From Podarcis pityusensis (taxonomy: Eukaryota), in NCBI GenBank assembly GCA_964106645.2, contig OZ067044.1: DNA of 64,000 bases, one strand, 5' to 3'. Numbering within the stretch: the stretch's first letter is position 1; the number at the start of each line of letters is the position of its first letter. Of this stretch, positions 50,444 to 63,261 are shown piece after piece. Both the position numbers and the translations under genes were made by a program. Under the pieces are notes generated by a model. It did no database searches and was not told the DNA's origin. It saw only the letters and a list, made by a program, of their open reading frames with translations.

Positions 50444-50721
50444 CAGGGTGAGCTCCCGTTGTTCAACCCCAGCTCCTGCCCACCTAGCAGTTCAAAACCA
50501 TGTCAAGTGCAAGTAGATAAATAGGTACCGGCGGGAAGGTGAACAGTGTTTCCATGCGCTGCTCTGGTTTCACCGGAAGCGGCTTAGTCATGCTGGCCAC
50601 ATGACCCAGAAGCTGTCTGCGGACAAACGCTGGCTCCCTTGGCCTATAAAGCAAGATGAGCGCGGAACCCCAGAGTCGTCCACGACTGGACCTAACACTC
50701 GGGTACCTTTGCCTTTACCTT
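50444..50721 (+). mobile_element. 5'-truncated Sauria SINE with TSD
   Basis: Core gcaagtagataaataggtacc, (CCTTTA) tail; TSD tacagaaaatgta (50431-50443) / tacaggaaatgta (50722-50734). Confidence 0.9.
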
Positions 50722-51880
50722 TACAGGAAATGTAGTAAATAACAACTGGGTTCTCCTTGCTATACTGTATTTGCAATGCTTAGAATAGAGCATAACAACA
50801 TTTACAACTGCAGAAGCATTGATATCATTCCAACAATTAATGGCACACAAAGTGCAGATACGTAGTTTGATATGTTTAGAATACAAGAGCCTCTGAAATA
50901 CTGTGATTTTAAAGGAAAATTCATCTGCCAAATCAATGTTAGAAGGTATGGCAGTCTTTACAATATATCTTCATTTGGTTAAATCCATCTGAGGAAGGTC
51001 ATGTTTGGATCCAGCCCATGGTTGGAAACAAACTCATTTATTTAGTGAGGGTGAGGGGCTAGCCTCTTTATGCAAGGACCCTGGTGAGAGGCCATTTAGG
51101 GCATAGGGACCTGCTTGTGTGCCCTGATGTAACAAGAAGGGAATAGTGACGACAACGCTGAAGACTGAATGAAAGGTAGTCACTGGATTGAGTGAGACAG
51201 TGCCAGGTTAGTCATTCACCATTATATTTTGGCTGGTTCACCACCTAGGTCAGGCACTATCCAGCATTTATTTGCTGTTTTGTATTGTTTTGCTAGCCGT
51301 TATAATTATTGTATTTTTATTGTACATTTCTTCGTATTACTGTTCTGTTTACCACTTTGGGGACCAAAAATCAGCATATACATAAACCACAATATAATTG
51401 ACATATAATGATTTTTCTGAATGAGCATGGGTCTATGTAACTACAGTTAAATGAGCTGGGAACTCTGGTTATAAAATTCAGTAATGATGTTTAAATAATT
51501 AGTTCTGAATTCACAAAGAAAAACCGTTTGATTTTCCTTTTTTAAAAATGGCATGTTAGCTACATATATATTGAATTGTTTATCATCTTCTGAATTTATT
51601 AAATTTGAATTTAGGGGCAGGGGTAACAGGTAGAAAACGCTCTGTAGTGGGTACCTGAAAATGAGTGTGCTCTACTTTGAGTGCCTCCAGGTCTGAGGCC
51701 TTCTCATTGGCAGTACCAGCCCCATTGAACTTTCTGCCTAGGAGAGCATGGTAAATGCTGTCTGAGCCTTTTTTTTTAGAATAGCATTTGCTGGCCTCAT
51801 GAAGTCTGAGATGGTCTGGTAGCTAGTATTTTAGTGGATTACTCTTTTATCACTGAAGTGCTGCTGTTATTTTAATTGTC

Positions 51881-51940
51881 TTATTATATTATATTATATT
51901 ATATTATATTATATTATATTATATTATTTATTATATTATA
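51881..51940. repeat. (ATATT)n microsatellite within a probable old L2 3' end
   Basis: Seen directly; the upstream gaggccttctcattggcag resembles L2 RAFSVA. Confidence 0.85.
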
Positions 51941-54319
51941 ATGTTTTCTTGGTTTTAAATTTGAAAGCCATTTTGTAGATACCTTTTGTAGGATACCTGG
52001 TATCGATGTCAAGCTTACTAGTTGGTACTTACCAGTTTAGCAAGAGACAGTTCACATGCCTTGATATGCATGATCACAACATATATCCATTATCTGCCAT
52101 TTCCAATATCACATGAGCGGACTCCCCTTTCTTCTTCATTCCGCAGCCACCCCTGTGCCCCCATCTGCTCCAGAGGGTGCCCCAATCCTGTAAAACAGAT
52201 TTTGTGGATATGAGAGAAAGGAGAAGAAGGGAGTCCTGTTGAGAAAGCTGAAGTCCATTTGCAAGAGGGCTGGTGCTGTTGGAGGCCACCCTTTAATTCT
52301 GGTGTAGTAGAAATTAGACAAAATGAGGGGAATAATCTTATGGTGGTATCTGGCTAGGTAAAATTCAGAATAGACCCATTGGAATTAATGGACTTAAGTT
52401 ATACATGACCAGCTTTACATCTGTTCATTTTAGTGTATCTGTTCTGAATACAATCTAGTCAGGTACCATCCTCAGTGAATATCAGCTTTACTTTGTGATC
52501 ATTACAATTACTTTATGTCTCTTGAAATTCTTGCAAAATTTGTTTTTTTGAAGATTTTTTTTAAAAGTGTTAGTCGTAAGCAAAAATAAAGTTGTGAAAA
52601 TGTTCAGATAACCTAAAAATCTTTGTATCACAAAAAGAAAGCTAGAAGTGAAAAGACCAGAAGGTCTTTATCATAATTTTTTAAAGAGCTCTATTGATGC
52701 TATCCTTGCAAATCACTGGAGCCTAAGGAAAATAATGTAAATGGTTCATTATTTAGCTTATTGAACTTTCTTGCAGTTAGGTTGACAGATGATGCAATGT
52801 TTCCCAATCACACAACTACCATTTTAAAAGCATTTTTATTGAATATACTGCTGTGAATATTGCACCCTGGAGCTTTATTTAGGGAAATGGTTCAATTGAT
52901 GTTTTCTTTTTAACCTCATTTGTTGACCTATCAAAACATATTTGGTTAATAAGCAACAGTATCATTTGACAGAATGGTTTTCTGCATTCAATGTTTTTAA
53001 ACAATGCAGTGTTTTCTGATAATTTATAGCTGATTGCATTTCCATATGTGACAGCATATACTAGTATTCTTTGCAGCATGCACCATATAGTCTTAAGACA
53101 GCAGAAAATGTTCGCAGCCGACAATCAAGAAAAGATATGTAAATAGTTCAAGCATATATCATTCTTTTGCTAAAACATTAAAACTTCACAGAATATATTG
53201 AAAGCATTCCACAATAAATAAATGAATGAATAGTATGCACAATATTCATGGGCATTGAAATGTCTGATAACAATTTTTGAAGGAATTAAGGCCAATGGGA
53301 AGCTTCATTATAATGCATGTAGCTACTGTAGTTTCAGATAAGTAACTTATTCTGTATTCATAGCATGAGCTCTACTTATGCCAAGCTCATTGTTTCTTAT
53401 GATAAGTGATCAATATTTCATTTTCTCTGAAAGAATGGAAAGTTTCATTTGTCTACTCCTTGTGCCCTCTACAGCATACCAAGGAAAGGGAACATATTGA
53501 GAATTCTACTGATGAAACCTAACTGCTGATGCTCTGTTATCATACATGTATGCCCAGTTAAATCATAGAAAGCTGGTGATAAACTAATGAAATGAACAGT
53601 CATAAAAGGATATGAACTTAGTAAATAGAGCAATAAGTTCAAAGGTCACAAGCCCAAATAATTCAGAGACTTACTATGAACAGGAGCCTTTGAAGACCTT
53701 TGCCCCTCTTTGGTCAGTGAAGATGAATTAGTCACAATTTTAATGATGGCTAATTCTAATGAACTAGCTACTTATTTGCTACACTTTTTCTGCACATATA
53801 CCAAAACATCCAACATTTGAAATATTAAACATTATTTTAATATTTTGTGAAGACATAGTGAGGGAAGAGCAATGGAAGTAAAGTAGAATAAAAAGTAATA
53901 CAAAGTTTAATAAAAATGTTCACAAAAATGATAAGATATTCATATGCAAATTAGAGTGGAAAAGCTTCATTTTACATTGTGAGGTGATTGTGAAATATTT
54001 TTCCCAGAAGGAATTTTACAGCGGCCACATTTCATATGAAATATTACTTCTTAAAATTGCTGAATTGCACAATTGTTAAAATTGCTGTTGTTACATTTCT
54101 AAATTAGAGGTGGGGCAGACTCAAGGCTTGTGGCATCTACGTGTTTGTGTGTGTGTGTATAATTTCAGAAATAGCAGATCTGTGCACAAGCTCAGCATAA
54201 GAATTAGTTTCTAATACAGAACTGAACTCACTTTTCAAATCCACTCCCTGTTTCTCCTCCAAACTTTTTTTTTTTAATCAGCAACCTTATTTGGGGACAG
54301 GAAAGGCTATTTGTTTTAT

Positions 54320-54740
54320 ATATTTGAAAGATTTATATTCTGCCTTTATTGTACATAATCTCAGGGCTGGTCACCTTGAAATAACAACAATATAAAAGCA
54401 TACTATATAAAATCCATCAGTAAAACCATCTCAAAACCTGCATTGCTTAATCTGCTTCCTACGAGAATGCTAGGTGCCTTAATAGCTCAGCCCCCATCTC
54501 CACCAAAAAGCTGGAAGAAGAGATGGGGTTTCAGTCAGTGTAGATAACTGAACAGTGTTGGTACCAGTTGTGCCACAGGGAGCAGAGCATCCCACAGCTG
54601 GGGGGGAGGCACCACCAAACTAGAGCACCTTGGGCTTCACTCAGTTGTGGAATGACATGAAGGGCCTCAGTTGCCAACTCTCTTTTGAGTCACGAAAAAA
54701 GGGCAAGACACCCTTAAGAGGTGGTCTTTTTCCTTTCTTA
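54320..54740 (-). mobile_element. Degraded L2 3' fragment
   Basis: gatttatattctgcc...ctcagggctggtcac tail; gagcatcccacagctgggggg..caccacc homologous to the other L2 copies. Confidence 0.55.
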
Positions 54741-55641
54741 TGCAAGTTGTCTTCCTGTTCCATTTCCATTTGGAGCAAGGCCAAATGATTTGCGGTAGCA
54801 CAGGAGACACTGTATTCCAGGTTGTTACGGCTCTCATCCTAATTGCACTCATGGACCCTTCCATGAGCCTGACTTCATTTTATCAAAAGAAACTTCTTCC
54901 TATAAATGAAGCAGAAGATTAGGATCCAAGCCTTTGAGTACTGTTGATAGGCTAACATATTTGACTGAACTACCAGATACTGATATTTTGGGATTCTCTA
55001 ATAAATGCAAAAGCCTGGTGATTCTTCTCTATTGGCTCCTTGACCTTATCTGTTAGCACAGGTATAACTATCTAAAATGTAGCTGTGCTATAAACTGCCA
55101 ACTCAACTTGCATGTGAAGCCAAGCATAAACTAAATAATAAACAGATGTGAGTCACCAAATATAGAACACTCAAGTCCTCGTTGCAAAGGGACACAAATG
55201 AGATGATAGGGTATTAACGGAAAGATGCAATTTACAGGTCAGAATGTAATAGTAACCTTTCACTGTGAAAATTGAAAATTAACCTTTGGAGTATTGGATC
55301 ATTTGCAGCTAATATAGTGAGCTTGTTAGACAAACTTAAAACAGCTATTGTTGTGCATCTGAAAATGACATTTTAAAGTGTATTTATTTTGGACTCTTTA
55401 TTATATTCTCATATAATAATCATTTCACCATATTTTAATTTACTGATGCTTACAATAATACACATGCAGCAGCAAATCGTTCAGACTGCCCCCCCCCACC
55501 ACTATACTCAAATAAACTTTGCTCATTAATTACTAGGCACTGAGTTCTTTCTTTATTTCTTACTAGTAACATCTATTTCCTGATGCATGCCTAATGAAGG
55601 CAGGTCAGTTTAGCTAGCTCTTCTTTGGGTTCTTTATAGAA

Positions 55642-56062
55642 CAGGACAGCTCAAATTTTCATACCAAGTGGGCCACAAAAAAACGTCAACATGGAATACT
55701 GTGCTTTCGGGGGGGGGGGAATCGAGCCTAAAATTTGATGCTCCCCAGCCCTCACATTGCCTTCCCAAAGCTGGGTAAGCAAGTCAGTGGGCTTTGAGGA
55801 GAAGGCCCACTGTCCTAGAGAAGGCCCACTGGGTCCTAGAGTCTTCCTACCTCTATCCTGAAGGTAACTAAGCTTCGGGAAGGAGGTGGGTGGACTGTAG
55901 GATCCTGGCAGAGCCCTCACACCTCCTTACCAAAACCCAGAGCCTCATTAACCTGGTTTTGTGAAGGCAGCGTGAGGGCGGCGGGTCAAATGTTGTCAAG
56001 GGCCACCAAAAAAGGCCTTGAGGGCTGCATGTGGCCTTTGGGTTGCGTGTTGAACCAGCCTG
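55642..56062. mobile_element. hAT-type non-autonomous element with 8-bp TSD
   Basis: caggacagctcaa...ttgaaccagcctg; TSD ttatagaa / ttatagag. Confidence 0.75.
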
Positions 56063-56196
56063 TTATAGAGCAACACTCAGTGTTTCAGATTCCTTCAATT
56101 TCCAGCATAAAAAGGTATACACACCACTGGTACCAAACTGTATGGGAAACAGTTATGAGCTTTTCATTGTTTGTAATGGATTTATGAATACCTGTA

Positions 56197-56447
56197 GAGT
56201 CATACCTTGCATCCCGAACGCCCTGGAACTCGGACGTTTTGACTTCTGAACACCGCAAAGCCGGAAGGGATTGTTCCATTTTGCAAACGTTCTTTTGGAA
56301 TCTGAACATCCAGTGGAGCTTCCACGGCTTTTGGTTGGCTGCAGGAGCTTCCTGCAGCGAATGAGAATCCGTAATTTGGTTTTTGAACGTTTTGGAAGTA
56401 AAACAGACTTCTGGAACGGATTCTGTTCGACTTCCAAGGTACGACTG
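56197..56447. mobile_element. Tc1/mariner (Tigger-like) MITE
   Basis: TA|GAGTCATACCTTG...CAAGGTACGACTG|TA. Confidence 0.82.
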
Positions 56448-56629
56448 TATACTGCAATCCTTAAGGGATTTTGTTGGCCTGGTATTTCATACCTTTGCTT
56501 ATATATGGTACAAAAAATATTTGGCTTTTTAAGTTTTTAGATTTCTACAATTAATCATAGACAATTGTTTGTGTGCAGTTTTATTTGCACTGGATACAAT
56601 TGACAATCAAAACTTACTTCTCTTTATAG

Positions 56630-56791
56630 GTAGCTCTGGTACAATGGACAGAAAGTGTTGGTCTTACTTTGGTGAGCAGGGATTTAACTTCAATGCAGCT
56701 GAAAACCCCCAGTGGACAGATTCTGACATACTATATTCTGCAAATTTTCCCTTTTACATCTGAAAGCAAACGAATGGGAATCATAGTGAGA
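56630..56791 (+). CDS. ATP9B: ATP9B exon [54 protein letters not shown]
   Basis: ctttatag|GTA...AGA|gtaagt, 162 nt. Confidence 0.97.
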
Positions 56792-57031
56792 GTAAGTTTT
56801 GTCAGTCTTTTTCTTCATCTGTTTTGCAGGTCATATATTTATGAAAGCTTATTGTTTTGAAAATGTATGTAAGTTTTCAAATATAAAAGTTGGCTAACTA
56901 TATGAATAATATTGATTTGTCCTCCTCAAATACTTTATGTCTTTGGTAATAACTTACCAAAGGCTATGGGTATTTGCCTGTGGTAGGAGTAGACTATGCT
57001 GTTTTCTAATATATAGTATCTTCCCCTGCAG

Positions 57032-57124
57032 GACGAATCTACAGGTGAAATTACGTTTTACATGAAAGGTGCAGATGTTGCAATGTCCTCCATTGTTCAG
57101 TATAATGACTGGCTAGAAGAGGAG
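57032..57124 (+). CDS. ATP9B: ATP9B exon [31 protein letters not shown]
   Basis: cccctgcag|GAC...GAG|gtaaga, 93 nt; KGAD nucleotide-binding motif. Confidence 0.97.
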
Positions 57125-58240
57125 GTAAGAAATGTTAAAAACAGTTGGTTCAATTTGAAGAGAAAAAGTAACTGTTTTACTTTGTCATAAGGAAATGTAG
57201 AACTGTGAAATTAAAGAACAGAAGCAAAATAGTAATGGCTTCCAGTCCAATAACATCTGTCTGCTTCAAAGATAGAAATAATGAACCAAAGAAATAATGG
57301 ATTGGGAAATGCAATTAAGTGTATCACTAATAGGTTTTAAAGAGTTGCAGTGGTTTAGAAATTTTGTATAATGCAAAAAGAAGAAGAAAGTTAACTCTCA
57401 AATTAAACAACAGATGGATGTCTTTTTTAAGTATTCAGAATTCATTCCAGAACAAATAAACATATAAAATGAGGTTGAAAGAGCTTCTTTAGATGCACCC
57501 AACTTTTTTCTTTTATTTTCTTTTTAACTACCATACATTTTTACTGTAACATTATAAATAAATTTATTTTCACAAACTAAATACGTTGCACTGTGTTGCA
57601 GTACTAGACACCAGCAATTGTCTTAATTTGACCTTACATATAGACAATATGGTAATGTGATGATCACACAATGCATGTTCATAATGGTATTGGCAATATA
57701 AATCAATACCTGCTTGAGGCAGTTTGATTTAATCAGGGGCATGAATAAATTAAACTCCCTGAAGAGCTAATAAAGTGTCATAAAAATTACTTTTGGCGAT
57801 AATGATGCACAATTAATTGTAAAATACTTGCTTAATTTATTTAGCATTATGAGGTCAAATCAATAATCATTTTGCACTAGACAGAGAGCATCAAGCATTT
57901 TAAAGAATCATTAATGTTGCTGTTTTGTATTATTTTTAATTCTTGTGTTTTAATTTAACAAAATAAACTTACTGCCAGTCATGTTTATGCTATGGTAATA
58001 GTAATTCTCCTATGACACATAGATACATTAGCCTGTAAAACTAACTTAAAAATCATTTTTAATATGTGTAGCTTGGGTGGGCAGGAATGAAACTTGTTGA
58101 AATAAAGCAATGGCTTAAAAATCATGTAGAGGCCCACATAAATGTTTGGTTGAATATTCACAATTAAGCTTCCTTATTTTCAACTTTATTTGCTATTTTT
58201 ATGTAGAACTTCCAGGACACTTACTTGTTTTTACTATCAA

Positions 58241-58990
58241 TTTATGTATTTAATATAGTACTATCCCACCTTTTATGGCAAGTCATCACATTTTTTCAAT
58301 AAACATGTTTAAAACAAACCTATTAAACATGTTAAATCTTTTAAACATCAAAGTAAAACATCTATGAGGGGACAGCAGTAAAATCAATACAAGGCTTGGA
58401 TAAATTTAAACGAAGTATTTGGGTGCAGCTTTAAAGGACTAAGACAGGAGGGCAAAGAATTGCTGGGAGAGGGAATTCCACCTCTGAAAAGGCCCTCACC
58501 CTGGTACATGCCAACCTGATAGACCTTAGAGTTGGGCCCTAGAAAGGGGCCTCTTAGGGCCCTGCAGATTTACATGGGTGAAAGCAATCTTTCAAATAAT
58601 CTGTTACCAAATGGTTTGGGGATTTAAAGGCTAACCCCAGAGTCGGTCATGACTGGACCTAATGGTCGGGGTCCCTTTACCTTTACCTTTACCTTTACCT
58701 TCACTAGCACTTCAAATTGAAACCACCAATGAATGGGTAGCAAATGCAGATGATGAAAAATCAGTATATTATATGATCAAACCACCTAGGCCCAGCAGTC
58801 ATTCTTATGACTGAATTTTGCAGTTGATGAAGCTTCTAGGTTGCCTTAAAAGGAAGCACTCACTATATAGAGTAGCCTAGACCGAATGTAACCAGTGTAT
58901 GTTTTGCTGAAGCCTGGTCAGTTTTCTCCAGATAGGATTACAGTTAGCTAGTTGAAAGGTATGCCTAATCACAGAGATAACCTGCAGCTT
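58241..58990 (-). mobile_element. Old L2 fragment interrupted by a Sauria SINE tail
   Basis: gagggaattccac..tgaaaaggccct; gggatttaaaggct...cactagcacttcaaattg colinear with L2 gggctttaaaggtcagcaccaacactttgaattg. Confidence 0.65.
58635..58701 (+). mobile_element. Very short Sauria SINE 3' end
   Basis: ccccagagtcggtcatgactggacctaatggtcggggtcc followed by (CTTTAC)4. Confidence 0.85.
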
Positions 58991-59677
58991 GTAGATGCTT
59001 AGATGCCCAGATGCTTAGGAAACTGAAGTAATTTCAACCTGTTTTAGTATTTTAACTTTTATATGTTTTAAAGATAACACTGAGTCTAGAACTTTGTTCA
59101 GGCATCTGTCTGAACATGTAAAAGGTTAAACTGGCGATGGGAGCAGGGTGTACAAGCAAGCCCTGCCCCCAGGCACTTCAACTATAGAGTAATCCTGTTA
59201 AAAACTGGTTGCAAACCACATTGGTGGTCTTCTCAACCAATATACTTCTATATTATTTGGATTAAGTTTATTTGCTTGCCATCCCAGAACTGCCTCCAGC
59301 CACTTCTTTCAGGTTTCCACTGCCTCTCTTGAATAGTAGATGTAAGTGAGCATTAGAAATGTGAGAGGCTGGAAGCTTGAAGCACCACAAAGGCCAATAG
59401 CTCTGGGGTGGAAAAGCCCATCCTCCAGAACCACCTTCTGAACCCACCCTTTCAGAAAGGACTGGAGCTGGTGTAACTCTCCCTTGAATAGTTGGGAGAA
59501 ACTTGCAAAATGATGTTGCACCATTTCCAGCCTTAGAGGTTTTTTCACATTGATTGTGCATTTGTCATATCAAAGCCTATTAATTTGAGTTTGGTGAATG
59601 GGCCCCTATCACTTGCAAAGACATTTCTGATTCATAATTCATGACTATGCTTTATTGTTTATTATATGCAATTTTAG

Positions 59678-59761
59678 TGTGGTAACATGGCAAGAGAAGG
59701 ACTACGCACTCTGGTTGTTGCCAAAAAATCATTAACCGAAGAACAGTATCAGGATTTTGAG
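59678..59761 (+). CDS. ATP9B: ATP9B exon [28 protein letters not shown]
   Basis: attttag|TGT...GAG|gtaaaa, 84 nt; GLRTL motif. Confidence 0.97.
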
Positions 59762-60172
59762 GTAAAAAACCCTCATACTATACTGATGTTTTTGTATTAC
59801 TCTGGGTTTAACAACATACTTAATCCAAAATACTTCAGTGTTTCAAAATAATTTAGAATGGCTAATATAGACAAATGATGAGTGAGATCTACTCTAGCTT
59901 GTTTCATCATAGGCTCAGTCTTTGTGGGCTTTTAGGAGAAAACTCTGAGAAAGCTTGGACTTTTCTCAAGAAAGCTTGAAAAGACACTGAGCCCCATGAA
60001 GCTACCTCCCAGCCATCCATCGTCACAGCTCTTGCCCTCTTCTCAAACTTATCTCTGAGTGGAGGAGAAAATCTGGCAGCAAGGAAGGCTGTCAACAGTC
60101 AAAGCCTCATCTTTAAGTTTTCAGGCTTGTTGTCTCCTAAGCATTGAGCTATGAGATGTTGTTCCTCTAAGA

Positions 60173-60637
60173 CAGTGGTTTTCAGCCAGTGTGCTGTGGC
60201 ACCCTAGGGTGCCTTGAATGATGGTCTGGGGTGCTGTGAGAACACTGGCCTCTGTCCCTCTTTCCTTCCCTGCCTCCTCTAATGCCTTCTCGTGTCTCTG
60301 CCTCCCAAAGGCTTGCACAACTGTTGCAGCATCCCAGGCTACAAGCTTCCTAGGCGAATGGTGCCTCGGGGGCTGGTCAGGGGGTGCTTCCCAGGCCCAT
60401 GTGGGGCATTGTGAGGAGGCACCTCTCTTTGGCGCAAGGGGGGCAGCTCAGAGACAAGGAGTGGCAGCTGCGGCTCCCCAGAGAACTCCCAAGGGAGGGT
60501 GTTTGAAAAAGGGTGAGTGACTGCCAGCTCTGCAGGCAAGGGGGTGACATAACTGGGCTCCTGAGCTCCACAGGGTTGCCACAAAAGAATGTAGTTGGTC
60601 AAGGGAGCCGTGGACTCAAAAAGGTTGAAAATCTCTG
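60173..60637. mobile_element. hAT-type non-autonomous element
   Basis: cagtggttttcagcc...ggttgaaaatctctg TIRs; degenerate 8-bp TSD ctctaaga / atttaaga. Confidence 0.78.
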
Positions 60638-60689
60638 ATTTAAGATATTAATTGAGCATAAGAATATCAGTGGTTGCTAAACGTGATGC

Positions 60690-60838
60690 CTATGTTATGC
60701 CTCCACTGTCTTGAAGCAGTATGCTTCTGTATATCAGTTGTTGTGAATCACAAGTGGGAGGAATGCTGTTGTGTTGAGGCTGGCCCATGTGAGAACAGAG
60801 TTCTGGACTAACCCAGCAGGAGTACTCTTACATCCTTA
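60690..60838 (+). mobile_element. CR1 LINE 3' end fragment, degraded
   Basis: gcagtatgcttctgtatatcagttg...tgtgagaacagagttctggacta..ccagcagg..ctcttacatcctta resembles reptile CR1 3' termini. Confidence 0.55.
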
Positions 60839-60910
60839 CGGTAGTGTCCCAGTTGGCAACAAGTAAAAACCTTTTATGTATATAAAGTTGGATTTTTGTC
60901 TTGTAAATAG

Positions 60911-61081
60911 AATCGATACAACCAAGCAAAATTAAGTATACATGACAGAACCCTCAAGGTGGCCGCCGTTGTGGAGAGTTTAGAAAGAGAAATGGAATTA
61001 CTGTGTCTCACTGGAGTTGAAGATCAGCTACAGGCTGATGTCAGGCCAACTCTGGAGATGCTTCGAAACGCTGGAATAAAG
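60911..61081 (+). CDS. ATP9B: ATP9B exon [57 protein letters not shown]
   Basis: aaatag|AAT...AAG|gtacta, 171 nt. Confidence 0.97.
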
Positions 61082-62005
61082 GTACTAGCTTTTGTTTTGT
61101 CAGATAGTTAACTTGTTTCTTTAAATTTGTTGTCTTTGCATGGTAGATTTATTTCCACGAATAGCAAATGATTCAGTCTGCTACTATGTGAGAGGGAGCG
61201 TTTGGATACTGGATAAGCTCCTGCAGATTAGGCCGCAGAACTAAAGAGAGAGAAAGGAGAAGCCCACCTCAGTTCTCTTATACCCATGTTGTCACTTCTC
61301 ATGGAAGACTTATTTAACTATTACAGCAATAGATAACGATTCAACGAAGAATGTACACAAAAGTACACATAAATATATTCTTTACCCGCGACTGTCATAA
61401 AATGTTCCTCTGTGAAATATTCCATGAATGCAGCCACAGACACATCTGTTTGTATGACAATACTGACTTACTTCACATGACCTTCGTCCTATCAACCTAA
61501 ACTACCCCTTCTTCCTACACAGAGCCTCAACCAGTAGCAGATGGGGCGAGGGCAGGAGTAGTGCTGGTCACCCAATCTCTTGGCTGGTGAATCACTGCTG
61601 CTTCTTGGGAAGGTGAGTGGGAGATAGAAGATGGCGGGGAGTTCAGCACTGTGTGAACATGCTGGCAGGAGTGTTGTATTAACTCTGCCAGTGCATTTGC
61701 ACAGCCCCAACCTCCCCACAAACTTGTACCTCCCACTCTTAGTATAAAGCAGCAACTCTGCTGCTAAGAGGTCAGGTGAGCACTTCTGCCCCATCACACC
61801 ATCCACTACTGGCCTCAACAGCTGGACCCTGCACCATATCCTTAGCAGAGGGGACCTATACATTTTTGTTTAATGATATATAATAAGAATTTGCTTTGAT
61901 AGACAGCAATTGAACACAATTCTCATGACAGAGATACAGTTGCATTTTTTGGGAACGCAATAGACAAGTAATAGTCAACTAAACTGACTCTCAATTAATT
62001 CATAG

Positions 62006-62104
62006 ATATGGATGTTAACAGGAGATAAATTGGAGACAGCTACTTGTATTGCAAAAAGCTCTCACCTAGTATCCAGAGCACAAGATATTCATATTTTCAG
62101 ACCT
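62006..62104 (+). CDS. ATP9B: ATP9B exon [33 protein letters not shown]
   Basis: tcatag|ATA...CCT|gtaagt, 99 nt; P-domain TGD motif. Confidence 0.97.
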
Positions 62105-63103
62105 GTAAGTATTGCTAACAGTACTTTGTTTCTTGTCACCCATAGCAATCTCTGCTACTGTTGTGGTGTTTGCTAAATACATGATATGTGTTCATTCATT
62201 TTGTTGTGTCATTCATTTTATGAGACAGACAGATAGTATGGTAAAAGAATGAATTCCAGTGGGAATGCTATACACTCTTAGCTGCCCCAGTTTTATTTGG
62301 TTTCATGACATCTGTTGAATTATACACATATACTCATGTTCTCATGCACCTACATGCCCACATCCAGTGCTCCTGCACAGGCCATGTCAATGGGAACCAT
62401 ACAGAAAAAAATCTTCTGTTTCAATTTGACCCCATGTCAGGATAGCTAAAGTGCAGTAAAGCTAGTTTAGTGTCTTTCCGACTACACTGAGAACATATTG
62501 ACATCTTCTTCTGATAGTCAAGGCCAGAGATGGAGAAACTCCAGTCTGTGAGCTGATCTTGGTCTGCTGGCTTGTCCAGTTTGGCTCACACGGTCATTTC
62601 CCCCAGACTATGCCCATATTCTTGGAGTACCCCTTGCAAGTTTCCCCACCCTTACTTTAGTGCATGAGGCGAGGACTTCCTCTTTTGGAATTATAATTGC
62701 ATGAAAATGTCCACTTTGGAAATGATCAGTATTTGCTATCCCTTCTGCTCCACATTCCTTATATCTTATCCCTTTGGAAATCCTGGGGTAGAATACAGTT
62801 TCTCATTCCAATAGTTTTTATCTTCTTCTTCTTCTTTGAGGTATTGCCCTGGTCCGATATAGCACTAAACCATGATTTAGCATTATGACAATGTGCCACA
62901 ACTTGTGCAATCTCTGCTCCTCTCCCCACTCCCCAGCTTTCCATCATTCCAAAGGGGAGTTTTAGAAAATTTCACCTACTCAGCTTCCCTTCAGCATTGC
63001 AGATATTGCTGTATCTTGATTATTTACAGTGGGAAGCAAGAGATTTATAGAGATTTAAGGGTGGAAAAAACCAGAGTAATTCCACCATAGTATAAAGCAG
63101 ATG

Positions 63104-63126
63104 ATAGATAAATAGATAGATAGATA
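63104..63126. repeat. (GATA)n short microsatellite
   Basis: atagataaatagatagatagata. Confidence 0.75.
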
Positions 63127-63171
63127 TTACTGTCACACATTAAACTGTTGAATGCTTCCTTTTTAATTAAG

Positions 63172-63261
63172 GTTACAAGTCGTGGAGAAGCTCATTTGGA
63201 GCTAAATGCATTCAGAAGGAAACATGACTGTGCATTGGTAATATCTGGGGACTCTCTGGAG
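63172..63261 (+). CDS. ATP9B: ATP9B exon [30 protein letters not shown]
   Basis: ttaattaag|GTT...GAG|gtaagg, 90 nt. Confidence 0.96.

Larger units (their letters stand above)
735..63261 (+). other. ATP9B: ATP9B (probable phospholipid-transporting P4-ATPase IIB), partial gene: 14 internal coding exons, both ends outside the window
   Basis: Exons of 95, 81, 76, 77, 161, 143, 113, 249, 162, 93, 84, 171, 99 and 90 nt with compatible phases join into one ORF. It carries the [35 protein letters not shown] and TGDKLETA motifs. Residues such as [22 protein letters not shown] and [24 protein letters not shown] match ATP9B rather than ATP9A, from recalled sequences. Confidence 0.97.

Noticed and set aside
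735-63261. Assignment as ATP9A or as a pseudogene
   Set aside because: Diagnostic residues fit ATP9B, and all 14 exons are intact with canonical splice sites
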